Counted from the stretch's first letter, positions 26,619 through 40,989 are shown. The stretch is DNA of 64,000 nucleotides from Octopus sinensis (GCF_006345805.1 NC_043014.1:2232001-2296000), one strand, 5' to 3'. Made by a program: numbers and translations. The notes: a model not told the origin generated them from the sequence alone.

Positions 26619-27829
26619 CCACACAAACAGAAAGACACTTGTTCGTGTTGTGTTTGTGTGTGTGCGAGAGAGAGAGAGAGAGAGAAAGAGAGGGAGAGAG
26701 AGAGAGAGCGAGAGAGAGAAGAGAGAGGAAGAAAGACAATCAGTCAGGCAGAAAGAAAGAAAGGAATGTCGCAAACCTCGTCTCTGGGTGCGGATTGTTT
26801 TTTATTCAGTGTTGCGTGAAGTACTAACCACACAGCTTAGTTCAGGAGCGACGTGACCAACACACGCGGAAATGTGTTCTTAATAACAACTATTATCTCG
26901 GAGAATCGCGCGTTTTCTTTCTTGAGTAGCTCCATCTAATAACGTACTCCGCGGTATTATGTCACCCCGTGTACGATCACCGGGTGACATAATACCTCGC
27001 TTATTTCCGTTTCTCTCGCAGCCGAAAATAACTGAAGCACTTTTGGTCAGAGGTTAACTGAAACAACACAAACGTAGGGTGTAGTCACGGCTGGAACGTC
27101 TTTGGTTACGATTCCTTTTGATCAAAGCAAACATGGTGTTCGCTTGTTTATGGAACACATTTGGTAAGAGATCTGTTTGCTCTTTGTACAGGCAGCAAGT
27201 GCATGAGCCCAAGGGAGCATGGGTACCTTCGCTAAAGAAAACCAGGGCTGTATGGTACCTCGACTTACTAAAATGAACCGCCAAACATACCGTATCTTGA
27301 GGCATACAAGTCGATGTCGTATATCGTGTAATATATGGGGTAAATATTCAAATATCGTCGCTATCTTCCCAAATCCTGCATCATTTTACATGGAAGTTTT
27401 GATCCTCCACATTCGTCCTGCTGTATAGATCGACCAACATTTTGTGACTGTAAATTTTGGTCAGAAAAATTCGACTTGTATGCCGAGAAATACCTCATAC
27501 TAAGCTCTACAGTCTTTAAAACAAACAGATGGACGTAGTGGAAAATGTAGTCCTACATAGACAATGACTGATCGAAGGATGATGTGGTCATAACCGAAAC
27601 GCTCATGATCCTGTGACCCTAGGTCTACCCTAGCGTGGCTGCAGCCGAATGGGTAAAACCTATACAAGAGTTAAAAATCTACTGTACTTCACAAAGATTT
27701 TACCTTGTTACAAATCGTGAATCTTTACTGACAAAGTCTACAGTGAAGATGTCTTAATTAATGATAAGATAATCACTTATCAGAGATTAGATCATTCAAA
27801 GAGCAAGCCATTACATAATACACAAATAT

Positions 27830-28465
27830 TCTTTTCTACTCTAGGCACAAGGCTCGAAATTTCGGGGGAGGGGGCCAGTCGATTACATCGACCCCAGTGC
27901 ATAACTGGTACTTAATTTATCGATCCCAAAAGGATGAAAGGCAAAGTCCACTTCGGCGGAATTTGAACTCAGAACGTAGCGGCAGACGAAATACCTATTT
28001 CTTTACTATCCACGAGGGGCTGAACATAGAGTGAACAAACAAGGACAGACAAACGGATTAAGTCGATTATATCGACCCCAGTGCTTAACTGGTACTTATT
28101 TAATCGAGCTGGCAGAAACGTTAGAGCGCCGGGCGAGATGCTTAGCCGTATGTCGTCTGCCGTTACGTTCTGAGTTCAAATTCCTCCGAGGTCGACTTTG
28201 CCTTTCATCCTTTCGGGGTCGGTTAAATAAGTACCAGTTACGCACTGGGGTTGATATAATCGACTTAATCCGCTTGTGTGTCCTTGTATGTCTTCTCTGT
28301 GTTTAGCCCCTTGTGGGTAGTAAAGAAATAGGTACTTATTTAATCGACCCCGAAAGGATGATAGGCAAAGTCGACCTCGGCGGAATTTGATCTCAGAACG
28401 TAACGGCAGACGAAATACCACTAAGCATTTCGTCCGGAGTGCTAACGATTCTGCCAGCTCGCCGC
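27830..28465. mobile_element. Rearranged SINE family A cluster (minus / plus / minus)
   Basis: Minus dimer 27830-28103, plus copy 28106-28330, minus copy 28331-28465; junctions at GGTAC/GGTAT. Confidence 0.8.
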
Positions 28466-28821
28466 TTTATGATACACAAATATTGTGTAAACGAACGAAA
28501 TATCGGAAAGGCAACCTGGAAGTAATATCTAATCGTCCAGATTATCTCATGAGCTTATCAACTTAAGTAGTTTTCTTGATCTGGATTTCTTCCAATCAAT
28601 AACGTAATGGCAGATATTTGACTTGTGAAAGTTCGATAACAGATAAGAGAGCATTGATAAACAAATCCTTTGGTGCTGTCGTGAGATGGCACCAAATCTT
28701 TTAATCTTTTAATCTCTGCTCTTCTATCTCTCGCACTCCCTCTCTTCATAATTCTCCTCTCATCTCACTCTAGCTTTCTTCCCTCCTCTCTCTCTCCTAG
28801 AAATCACTAAAGAAAGGAAAG

Positions 28822-28866
<45 letters not shown>

Positions 28867-29149
28867 TTTAAAGGCGCGTACATTAGTGGTTAGGATGTTC
28901 GACTCCCAATTGTGTGCCTTTAGTAGAAAGGATTATTATTAAATGTGTATGGTGGTAAGGAATGAACTCCAAATTGGGAAACACGCAATTCTCATAGAAT
29001 AAACTAAGCAACGGGTGGAACCCAAGGATTTGCCATTACAAAGGGAGTCTTTGAAAGCAATTAACACCTGTTCAGAAACCAATGGTTTCCGATCGCTTAT
29101 GACCCTTTCGTTTCTACGTTGTCCCTAACATTATTTTCTAATCTATCCA

Positions 29150-31205
29150 ATTCTCTCTTCCTCAGCCGGGGTCTATATGGCCCCTCAGAGTCCATACAAG
29201 GTGTTGTGGGATCCATTCGACGATATAGTAAATTGGGGATCCACGGATAATATTTTAAGGTCCCCTGAAAAAATTTGCTTAGGTGTATGTGTTTGTATGT
29301 ATTGCAAGAAACAGCTGGGTTTCTTTCTCTGACGTTTCACGCGGTTCAACCTACGACATGTTAAGGTGTGAAAAACAAAGTAGGAACATTGAAAGAAGTT
29401 TCTATAAAACTATTTTCTAAACATTGAATTGGGGTCCACCAGAATAAAATAGGGGTCCGTGGATAAAAAATGGTGAGAGAACCCTGATTTAGGGTGAACT
29501 ATGTTTCTTGCAATGCGTATATTAATTCGACCTACACAAGTTAATGAAGGAGAAAAATAAAATCAGAATTTTGTAAGAAGTTTCTATAAAACTATTTCAA
29601 ACATTGAATTGGGGTCCACCAGAATAAAATAGGGGTCCGTGGATAAAAAATGGTTGAGAACCCTTGATTTAGGGTGAACTATGTTTCTTGCAATGCGTAT
29701 ATTAATTCGACCTACACAAGTTAATGAGGGAAAAATAAAATCAGAATTTTGTAAGAAGTTTCTATTAAAAAATATTTTCTAAACATTGAATTGGGGTCCA
29801 CCAGAATAAAATAGGGGTCCGTGGATAAAAAATGGTTGAGAACCCTTGATTAGGGTGAACTATGTTTCTTGCAATGCGTATATAATTCGACCTACACAAG
29901 TTAATGAGGAAAAAAATAAAATCAGAATTTTGTAAGAAGTTTCTAAAAACTATTTTCTAAACATTGAATGGGGGTCCACCAGAATAAAATAGGGGTCCGT
30001 GGATAAAAAATGGTGAGAACCCTTGATTTAGGGTGAACTATGTTTCTTGCAATGCGTATATTAATTCGACCTACACAAGTTAATGAGGGAAAAATAAAAT
30101 CAGAATTTTGTAAGAAGTTTCTATAAAACTATTTTCTAAACATTGAATTGGGGTCACCAGAATAAAATAGGGGTCCGTGGATAAAAAATGGTTGAGAACC
30201 CTTGATTTAGGGTTGAACTATGTTTCTTGCAATGCGTATATTAATTCGACCTACACAAGTTAATGAGGGAAAAATAAAATCAGAATTTTGTAAGAAGTTT
30301 CTATAAAACTATTTTCTAAACATTGAATTGGGGTCCACCAGAATAAAATAGGGGTCCGTGGATAAAAAATGGTTGAGAACCCTTGATTTAGGGTGAACTA
30401 TGTTTCTTGCAATGCGTATATTAATTCGACCTACACAAGTTAATGAGGGAAAAATAAAATCAGAATTTTGTAAGAAGTTTCTATAAAACTATTTTCTAAA
30501 CATTGAATTGGGGTCCACCAGAATAAAATAGGGGTCCGTGGATAAAAAATGGTTGAGAACCCTTGATTTAGGGTGAACTATGTTTCTTGCAATGCGTATA
30601 TTAATTCGACCTACACAAGTTAATGAGGGAAAAATAAAATCAGAATTTTGTAAGAAGTTTCTATAAAACTATTTTCTAAACATTGAATTGGGGTCCACCA
30701 GAATAAAATAGGGGTCCGTGGATAAAAAATGGTTGAGAACCCCTGATTTAGGGTGAACTATGTTTCTTGCAATGCGTATTATATTTACCTACACAAGTTA
30801 ATGAGGGAAAAATAAAATCAGAATTTTGTAAGAAGTTTCTATAAAACTAGTTTTTATACAGAGAATGGTTATGGCGGGGGGTCCACCAAAATGAAACAGT
30901 AATTAAAGGGGGTCCACGCAAGCAAAATAGTTAATTGGGGATCTACGGTAGTATTTTAAGGGCCCTGAGAAAGTCTTACTTTAGATGCATGTATTGGTGT
31001 GTATTGCAAGAAACAGCCAGGTTTCTTTATCGAAAGTTTTCCACAGTTCAACCTACACCAGTTGATGTGTGAAAGACAATATAGGAAGTTTGGAAAAAAT
31101 GGTTTCTATTACACCAGTTTTTAAAGACCGAATGGCTATAGGGGTCCCCCAGACTAAAATAGTAATCAAAGGGGTCCATAGATAGAAATTGGTTGAGAAC
31201 CCCTG
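29150..31205. repeat. 180-bp satellite (about 8 copies, 29400-30850) between MITE-like sequences with an hAT-like end (GGTTGAGAACCCCTG)
   Basis: CTATAAAACTATTTTCTAAACATTGAATTGGGG begins at 30121, 30301, 30481 and 30661 (exact 180-bp period), with further copies at about 29402, 29584, 29762 and 29942; diverged related bodies at 29160-29490 and 30850-31205. Confidence 0.92.
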
Positions 31206-31750
31206 CTCTACATACTCCTAACGGGTTTATTGCCAAGGTGGGACCCATTTAATACATGTTTTCGTTTATCTAATTGTTTGCTTATATCTTTGTTTTGAGT
31301 GCATGTATATCTCTATATATGTTCGGTTTTATTTTGATTTTACGTATGTTTTATGTTTCCATTTCGTTTTGTGCTTGGTTTGCAAGATTCTTGTAATAGA
31401 AACCTTTTTTCTAAACTTCCAATGTTGTCTTTACCAATTTTGACCCTCAGCAAAATCCCAAATTTTATTTAATTTGCTTTGCGGGAGCAACTGTTTTATC
31501 GAAAGCGTACATTGTTGTTAAATGCTCGAAATACGAGAGTAGAAAAACAACCAATGAGTGATGAAGGGTCGTTCTTTGTGTTGTTTGTTTTGTTTTCCAT
31601 TTGTGCTTTTCCTTGTTCGAAAAAAATATTTCATATTCCATTTACTCGGACTTCGTATTTTTTGTTGTACACGTTTCATGACGTCCTATGCCAACAGATG
31701 CATATATATACGTATAGATGCTAGCATGTACGTATACGTATGTATATATA

Positions 31751-31795
<45 letters not shown>

Positions 31796-31804
31796 TATAT
31801 TATC

Positions 31805-31860
<56 letters not shown>

Positions 31861-32086
31861 GTAAAAATTTACTGTGTCGTTCGATTATAAATAAATATAC
31901 CGAAAAATACACATTAGCATAGGGCATCACCAATGAGTGAAAAATATGTAGACACACGAGAAATAAGTAGAGGACAAAATGCTCCAGCATGGCCGCAGTC
32001 AAATGACTGAACAAGTAAAGAAAGAAATAAGAAAGAAAAAGAAAGAAGAAAGAAAGAAAGAAGAAAGAAAGAAAGAAAGAAAGAAA

Positions 32087-32134
<48 letters not shown>

Positions 32135-32859
32135 AAACAACAACAACAACAACAATAACAACACAACGGTCCCAATGGCCACCGCAGGGCCTTCGCTGCA
32201 GTCTCTATAGTATCTTCTAGAACTGGTTGCAGGATTTCTCTCAAACTTGCTCCTTTGGTTAAACGATAACTGCAACAACAATAACAACAATAACAGCCAT
32301 CATCATCATCGTCATCAACATCTGATGAGTTGAGGTCAATCAGCCTGCTAGAAAGAGCAGCTGTGTATTCTGTAAATCAGTCCCTACCTCTAAAAATAAG
32401 GAAATACGCATGGATAATATAGCTTGCTGTTCTGGGGTCCCTTTTTACAATATTGTGGTGTGCCTAGGCAGAACAGCACAATGGAGCCCCAAATGTACAG
32501 AACTACGACATAGTTTAGCCCTGGGGCCCCGAGACCGTGCGCCCAACCCCCAGCTGGGTGGGTGAGGGATGGGCAACTGCAGGAGGTGTGGTCATCGTTG
32601 AAATGCTGTTGAGCCATGGATTTGTGTGATCGTCGTATTGACCTGTGGTTAAATAACAGTAACAGACAGACAGACAGATACAGACAGACAGCGATACAGA
32701 CAGAAGCCTCTACAAGGTCGCTCGATGTACAAGAAATAACAACTAAATCATACTCAAAATACACAATTTACCATCCTGTAAAAAGAGAAGGCGCTTGTTT
32801 GGATGGGATGGTCTGATCTGGAATCCGTTTCTTTTCAGAGTGGGTTACATGATCAGGGT

Positions 32860-33500
32860 GGAGGCGCAATGGCCCAGTGGTCAGGGTAGCGGACTCGCGG
32901 TCGTAGGATCGCGGTTTCGATTCCCAGACCGGGCACTGTGAGTGTTTATTGAGCGAAAACACCTAAAAAGCTCCACGAGGCTCCTGCAGGGGGTGGTGGT
33001 GAACCCTGCTGTACTCTTTCACCACAACTTTCTCTCACTCTTACTTCCTGTTTCTGTTGTACCTGTATTTCAAAGGGGCCAGCCTTGTCACACTCTGTGT
33101 CACGCTGAATCTCCTCGAGGACTACGTTAAGGGTACACGTGTCTGTGGAGTGCTCAGCCACTTACACGTTAATTCCACGAGCAGGCTGTTCTGTTGATCG
33201 TATCAGCTGGGACCCTCATCGTCGTAACCGACGGAGTGCTTCCCTGTGTATTATTAATATTCTCAACTGGACAATCCAGAAAACCAGGTATATAATAAAT
33301 TGCTGTTTCTGTTGTACCTGTATTTCAAAGGAGCCAGCCTTGTCACACTCTGTGTCACGCTGAATCTCCTCGAGGACTACGTTAAGGGTACACGTGCCTG
33401 TGGAGTGCTCAGCCACTTACACGTTAATTCCACGAGCAAGCTGTTCTGTTGATCGTATCAGCTGGGACCCTCATCGTCGTAACCGACGGAGTGCTCCTAT
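32860..33500 (+). mobile_element. SINE family B with a duplicated 3' half
   Basis: Full copy 32860-33243; the 3' half (GTTTCTGTTGTACC...GACGGAGTGCT) is repeated at 33303-33495. Confidence 0.85.
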
Positions 33501-33917
33501 ACATGATCAGGACAGGAATCTGACTTAACAACAACACCAAACACAAAAACGAAACGGGTGGGATTTTTTTTTTATCAGCTTCACAGATAAATGGTATTTT
33601 GTAATCTATAATCATAGAAGCGAACAACGAATTCGACCTATTTAGACCAAAGTAGTGATATGGCGTCCATTGGAAAGATAGGAATGCATGATGGGAAGGA
33701 GGAGAGGTGGGGGTGAGAAGCTTGCTTTGCAATCACGTGATTTTGGATGCGATCACGTGATTTTGGATGCGATCCCACTGCACGACAACCTCGGCGACTG
33801 TCTTCTGCCAGCGAGTGCTTTCTGTTATAGCCCTGGGCCGATTTATGCCCTGTCGGTGAATTCGGTGGACGAAAAGTGTATAGAAACTCGTCGTATACAT
33901 ACCACACACACACACAC

Positions 33918-33960
<43 letters not shown>

Positions 33961-33969
33961 GGGCAAATA

Positions 33970-34198
33970 GGCGGCGAGCTGGCGGAAACATTAGAGCGCC
34001 GGGCGAAATGCGTAGCCGTATTTCGTCTGCCGTTACGTTCTGAGTTCAAATTCCGCCGAGGTCGACTTTGCCTTTCATCTTTTCGGGGTCGATAAATTAA
34101 GTACCAGTTACGCACTGGAGTCGATGTAATCGACTTAATCCGTTTGTCTGTCCTTGCTTGTCCCCTCTATATTTAGCCCCTTGAAGGCAGTAAAGAAA
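33970..34198 (+). mobile_element. Full-length SINE family A
   Basis: GGCGGCGAGCTGGCGGAAAC head, core and GCAGTAAAGAAATA end followed by (TA)n. Confidence 0.88.
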
Positions 34199-34214
34199 TA
34201 TATATATATATATA

Positions 34215-34820
34215 TACTCTTTTACTTGTTTCAGTCATTTGACTGCGGCCATGCTGGAGCACCGCCTTTAGTCGAGCAAATCGACCCCGGGGCTTATTCT
34301 TTGTAAGCCCGGTACTTATTCTATTGGTCTCTTTTGCCGAACCGCTAAGTGACGGGGACATATACACACCAGCATCGGTTGTCAAGCAATGCTAGGGGGA
34401 CAAACACAGACACACAAACACACACACATATATATATATATATATACATATATACGACAGGCTTCTTTCAGTTTCCGTCTACCAAATCCACTGACAAGGC
34501 ATTGGTCGGCCCTGGGCTACAGCAGAAGACACTTGCCCAAGGTGCCACGCAGTGGGACTGAACCCAGAACCATGTCGTTGGTAAACAAGCTACTTACCAC
34601 ACAGCCACATATATATATATATCGGGAGAATTTACAGTAAAACAAAAGACGAAGACAGGTGGTGTCCCCGTTACTTAGCGGTTCGGCAAAAGAGACCGAT
34701 AGAATAAGTACTGGGCTTACAAAAAGAATAAGTCCCGGGGTCGAGTTGCTCGATTAAAGGCGGTGCACCAGCATGCCCGCAGTCAAATGACAGAAACATG
34801 TAAAAGAGTAAAAGAGTAAA
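34215..34820. mobile_element. SINE family C minus copy (34215-34608) followed by a plus-strand 3' half (34660-34820): inverted pair
   Basis: ACTCTTTTACTTGTTTCAGTCATTTGACTGCGG...CCGCTAAGTGACGGGGACA versus TGTCCCCGTTACTTAGCGG...CAGTCAAATGACAGAAACATGTAAAAGAGT. Confidence 0.8.
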
Positions 34821-34860
34821 AGAGTATATATATATATACATATATATAAATATACATATG

Positions 34861-34912
<52 letters not shown>

Positions 34913-35148
34913 GTATATATATGTATACATATATATATACATATATACATGTATATATATATATACACACAGATATATATACATATGTGTGTGCTACATA
35001 TATAATTGATTTTTTAAATGTCCTTGATTGTATAGTTCGTGTAGTGATCTGAAGAAAACGGTTTTTGTTACGATATAATGTACTCAGTAATCAATTAAAA
35101 AATTCCTTAGAAACAGCTGTAATGATCTGACACTTATCCATCGTTTCT

Positions 35149-35225
<77 letters not shown>

Positions 35226-35335
35226 TATAGATAGATAGATAGATAGATGATAGATAGATAGATAATAGATAGATAGATAAAGGAGAAATTCATATTAAAT
35301 ACTAGAAAACGTACATGTAGGACAGACACAGTAGA

Positions 35336-35405
<70 letters not shown>

Positions 35406-35584
35406 CAGCACGGATTTTTGTCAGTGAACAGGTCGCGGTCTTAAAGCGACGAAAATATTTTGACAAATTAAACTTAAATGTTGAAGTGTTTCTTAAATGG
35501 CTTACAAACACCTTCCACGCTGCAATTGTTTTCGTTTCAGCACACATCTCAGATCAAATCACTTGCTATGCAAGTACATCTCCG

Positions 35585-35623
<39 letters not shown>

Positions 35624-35634
<11 letters not shown>

Positions 35635-35810
35635 GGGTAAGCAATAAGTTACTTCACCACATACTGAAAATTTAGAAATAGCAGCCAAAGACAGCTCATT
35701 CTTTTTTACTACAGATATGACTCCACAGATAATAATATTGTTTTCGGCTGCTATTTCTAAATTTTTTGTATGTGGTAAAGCAGCTTGTTGCTTAAACCTT
35801 AATTATATTT
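35624..35810. repeat. Fold-back inverted repeat next to (TA)n
   Basis: TATAATTAAGGGTAAGCAATAAG...TTTAGAAATAGCAGCC versus GGCTGCTATTTCTAAA...CTTGTTGCTTAAACCTTAATTATA. Confidence 0.8.
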
Positions 35811-35984
35811 AATTATATATATATAAAAAAAATTTCATAAAAGTTTCTACTGATAATGGGGGTTTTTCCATACCGAAACCACTTGGTAAAATTTATTAAT
35901 TACTAAATTAATAATTCTTTACTCTATATCTGTAATGATATATATATATATATATATATATACTATATATATATATATATATAT

Positions 35985-36272
35985 ACATAAAATATAAATT
36001 AGAGATAAAACCACTATTATGCATATCAAACAGTTGATAGACCATAAACCAATACATAAATAACAAATAATATATATTTTTATAAAACTTATAAAACTTA
36101 TAACTAGATCTCGAAAAGTATAAAAATGAATGATCAACATATTATATATAATATAATATATGTTTTATAAAAATATATAATATTTGTTATTTATGTATTG
36201 GTTTATGTCTATCACTGTTTGAGTTGCATCATAGTGGTTTTATCTCTAATTTCTAATTTATATTTTATATAT
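35985..36272. repeat. Fold-back inverted repeat (arms of about 110 bp) next to (TA)n
   Basis: ATTAGAGATAAAACCACTAT...AAACCAATACATAAATAACAAATA versus TATTTGTTATTTATGTATTGGTTT...ATAGTGGTTTTATCTCTAAT. Confidence 0.85.
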
Positions 36273-36406
36273 TTATACTGTAATATTTGATTTAATATTA
36301 ATTGAATTTTTCCCTGTAAGTTTGGAGTTATACTCCCTAATACTATTATATATATTTGTGTGTGTGCGTGTGTGTATGTATATACATGTACGTGTAATAT
36401 ATATGT

Positions 36407-36441
<35 letters not shown>

Positions 36442-37241
36442 TCATATATATACACATATATACATATATATATATATATGTATGTATGTAGGTAGGTATG
36501 TATGTAGGTAGGTATGTATATATATACATACATATATATATATGTATGTATGTATATATGTATGTATATTATTTGTTTCAGTCACTGGACTTAGAAAGTT
36601 ATATATAACACGTGCAGAGTTATATAACTTCGTTTGTACGGGAACTTCATTAGCAATAGTACCTGTTATAATATGAAACGCATTATAAATGCATTGGAAG
36701 CGCTTAGGGGTTAGAGTAATCGGCCAAGGGTCGTAAGGTTGTGAGGTCGTTTCCCGGCTGGTTCCCGGCTCAAGAACACTTTACTTCACACTACTCCACT
36801 CCACAGAAAATGGAATTCAAAGGGGCCAGCCTTGTCATGTTCTGTGTCACGTTGAATCTCCCTGTGAACTACGTTGAGGGTCCGCGTGTCTGTGGAGGGT
36901 TCACCCACATGCATGTTAATTTCAAGAGCACGCTGTCCCGTTTAATCGAATCAACTGCAACAGTCATCGTCGTAGTCGACGGACGTCCAATTATCGTAAA
37001 CACTTTATACGAAATCTCTTTATAATGTATTTCCTAATATTTGCAAATTATACAGAAAAAAAAATCGCTTCAACTAGAGATCTTACAATAAACAACGCAT
37101 TTGAGCATCACATATCGATTTTTCTATTATAATCGAACACGTGGAAAATATAGACATTGGTGATATGCCAGAATCAATACAGCACGGCACACAACACAAA
37201 TATATACACTCTCATATGTATATATATATATGTGTGTGTGT

Positions 37242-37428
37242 GGCACTATTTAAGAAGAGTGGTCCTGGTGCGCGCAGTCGCGTACTCAGGCCTCCGCGCT
37301 AGCTAGTCGTGACTAGTCGATCCTACAACGACTACCCAGCATAGTAAATAAAACACAAAACACAAAGTAAGGATCGACTAGTCACGACTAGCTAGCGCGC
37401 ACCTGGACCACTCTTCTTAAATAGTACC
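37242..37428. mobile_element. MITE-like hairpin element with TIRs of about 60 bp
   Basis: GGCACTATTTAAGAAGAGTGGTCC...GCTAGCTAGTCGTGACTAGTCGATCCT versus AGGATCGACTAGTCACGACTAGCTAGCGCGCACCTGGACCACTCTTCTTAAATAGTACC; the left arm carries an insertion of about 24 bp. Confidence 0.85.
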
Positions 37429-37488
37429 TATATACTATATATATATATATTAATATACATACATACATATATGTACATACACACACAC

Positions 37489-37522
<34 letters not shown>

Positions 37523-37596
37523 TGTGTTTGTGTGTGTGTGTGTGTGTGTGTATACTTATCTTTGGACTTTATATATGTACTTATACATACATATAT

Positions 37597-37627
<31 letters not shown>

Positions 37628-38193
37628 CGGGGGAAGAGCGAGAGAGATACACAACATACATACATACATACATACATACATACATACATACATACGTACG
37701 TACATACACAGATCAAATAAGCACACATCAAGCTTTTAAAATTGCTTTTAGCCCCAGGAATGTCGGAATATTTTTTACTTACGGCGGATCGTGTAGTCGC
37801 TGAGAGTTTTACGGATAAATCTACCTCGGAGTAACGAGTAATTAACGATTAAGGACGAAAAGAAAGTAAAAAAGAATTCTAAAAAAAAGTCCGGACACCC
37901 AACTTTAGTCCAGGAGCCGGTGCGAGGTGAATGTTGCCCTTCTCCTCTTTGTTGGTGTTTATCAATCGCACACCAAGGTGAACTAAAAACCGATCAGAGA
38001 GGGCGCGCCGAGAGTGGTGACGTCATGTTGTCATGGCGATGGTTATGATAGCCAACCAACGTTGACGCAAACGCTTTATTGATAGACATTGACTCAGTCA
38101 CATGTGCGCGCACACGTAGACACGTAAGCACACATACACACACAGACATATGAGTATAGTAGTAGTTAAATGTTTGTGTGTGTGTGTGTGTGT

Positions 38194-38225
<32 letters not shown>

Positions 38226-38289
38226 ATATGAATGAATGAATGAAGATAGGAGTGAATGTCGATACACATTACTATTGACTAGAACGAGT

Positions 38290-38602
38290 AAGGCGCAGGA
38301 GTGGCTGTGTGGTTCCAGGTTCAGTCCCACTGCGTGGCACCTTGCGCAAGTGTTTTCTACTATACCTGTTTCTTTATTACCCACAAGGGGCTAAACACAG
38401 AGAGGACAAACAAGGACAGACAAACGGATTAAGTCGATTACATCGACCCCAGTACGTAACTGGTACTTATTTAATCGACCCCGAAAGGATGAAAGGCAAA
38501 GTCGACCTCGGCGGAATTTGAACTCAGAACGTAACGGCAGACGAAATACGGCTACGCATTTCGCCCGGCGTGCTACCTTGACCAAAACCTTCTGAGCGGA
38601 TT

Positions 38603-38636
<34 letters not shown>

Positions 38637-38770
38637 TTCCCCCACCATTTCTTGACAACCGATGTTGTGATTACGTCCCCGTAAGATAGCGGCTCGGCCA
38701 GAGAGACCGATAGAATAAATACTAGGCTTACGAACAATAAGTCCTGGGATCGATTTGTTCGACTAAAGGC
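38290..38770. mobile_element. SINE A (minus, 38365-38575) nested in SINE C (plus, 38290-38365 and 38600-38770)
   Basis: The SINE C head stops at ...TTCTACTATA and is followed by a reverse-complement SINE A; the SINE C body resumes after (GT)n. Confidence 0.7.
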
Positions 38771-38823
38771 GAAGCAACAGGGATATCCAGAGGTATATAT
38801 ATATATATATTATATATCTATAT

Positions 38824-38856
<33 letters not shown>

Positions 38857-39059
38857 ACCTCTGGATATCCTTATTGCTTTTTTAATTTTAATAAACCTTA
38901 CTTTGAAATTGCATGGATAATACCGACTACATTTCTGGTGCCTCAACTTAGTACCATATTCATCTGAATCTAACTATCTATCTATCTATCCATCTATCTA
39001 TTTACCTATCTATCTATCTATCTATCTATCTAATATATATATAATATATATATATATAG

Positions 39060-39128
<69 letters not shown>

Positions 39129-39446
39129 ATATATATATATTTCTGGTTTGCAATTCGTGAATTGGTTTGTTTGAAGCATTGACTCTGTCTGACAGCGGAC
39201 AGAATCGACGATTATGGAAATCGTTACAAGACACAATGAAAATTTAGAAAAAAAAAGTAAATGAGTGGAAAACGAACCAGTGAGTGTGTTAAGAAATAAA
39301 GCTCTAAAAGAGAATGCCTTTCACTACAAGACAATAATGTGTATATCTGTGTGTGTGTTTGTGTGTGTGTGTGTAAATATATATTCTTTTACTTGTTTCA
39401 GTCATTTGACTGCGGCCATGCTGGATATATAGATAGATAGATAGAC

Positions 39447-39494
<48 letters not shown>

Positions 39495-39578
39495 TGATAG
39501 GTAGATAGATAGATAGACAGATAGATAAGATACATAGATAGATAAATAGATAGATAGATAGATAGATAGATAGATTAC

Positions 39579-39609
<31 letters not shown>

Positions 39610-39674
39610 GACAGATAGATAATAGATAGATAGATAGATAGATAGATAGATGATAGATAGATAGATAGATAGAC

Positions 39675-39733
<59 letters not shown>

Positions 39734-40292
39734 CATACAAAAATATATTTATACGTAGATACATATGCATACACACACACATACACACGTATATATATTT
39801 ACATAAGCAATAATTTATAATCACATATTACCCTCCATCTATCTTAGCTATTGTGACACATCGCGGCCTCAAACTGATTCTCTCTATGAACACCACTCCC
39901 CACAGTTATTCACTACGGTCTAGACGAGCCGTTGAACCAGTTGGTAAACTTGCTCTTGTTTCAACAACAGAAATAAACAGAATGTCAGACAGAGTTGAGA
40001 AGTGGAAGAACGTGGCTGCGTCAGTCCATCCAGAATGGCATTAGGGTGATGGGTGGGAATGGGGTTTTGGGTGGGCGTGTGAGAATTGTAGTATTTTGCT
40101 GTCAAAAGTAAACGGAAATATGAGGAACCAAATATGCGCATCAAAAATAGGTGACCTAGAAAGGATAGGGAACCCACATACCAGTTTTCGGTATTGATCT
40201 CTGGTTTAAAGGCATAGGGACGTTTTTTGTTTAACCCTGAGATGATAACCTCGATTAGTCAGCGGTTTGATCATAGGACTTGGCTCTTGTTA

Positions 40293-40369
<77 letters not shown>

Positions 40370-40910
40370 GTTTGACTTTTGCTTTATATTTGTACAAGTT
40401 GGCTCCAAGTCTCATCCAGAGACCTCAAGAGACAACAGGTTGGAAGTTCATGTTGTTGTTTTGCCTAATGTGCCATATATTTGGGGTTTTTTAGCGTTGT
40501 ACTAGTGAATGTCTAAAAAATAAAAAAATAAAATTTTAACAAAACATACGAAAATTATGTTTGTTTTAAAACTTGAGATTACATAGAATATATTTTGCGT
40601 AGGATATGAGTAGTTCCCATGAGCACTATCTTTTGAATTTCTGCCATTTTGGGGTTTCCTGATATCTGAGTTAGGTAGCTTAGTTATTATTAGTATTATT
40701 TTATTATTATTATTATTATTATTATTTTATTATTATTATTATTAATTATTATACATTTAAATTCCGCCGAGTTCTACTTTGCCTTTCATCCTTTCGAGGT
40801 CGATAAATGAAGTACCAGTGAAACACCGGAGTATATGTAATCGATTAGTCCCCTCCCCACAAATTCGAGGATTTGTGCTTCCAGTAGAAAGGATTATCAT
40901 TAATATTATT

Positions 40911-40949
<39 letters not shown>

Positions 40950-40954
40950 ACTAT

Positions 40955-40989
<35 letters not shown>

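Noticed and set aside
29400-30850. Regularly spaced repeats suggestive of a CRISPR array
   Set aside because: Entire 180-bp units are repeated with no unique spacers; eukaryotic context; no cas genes.
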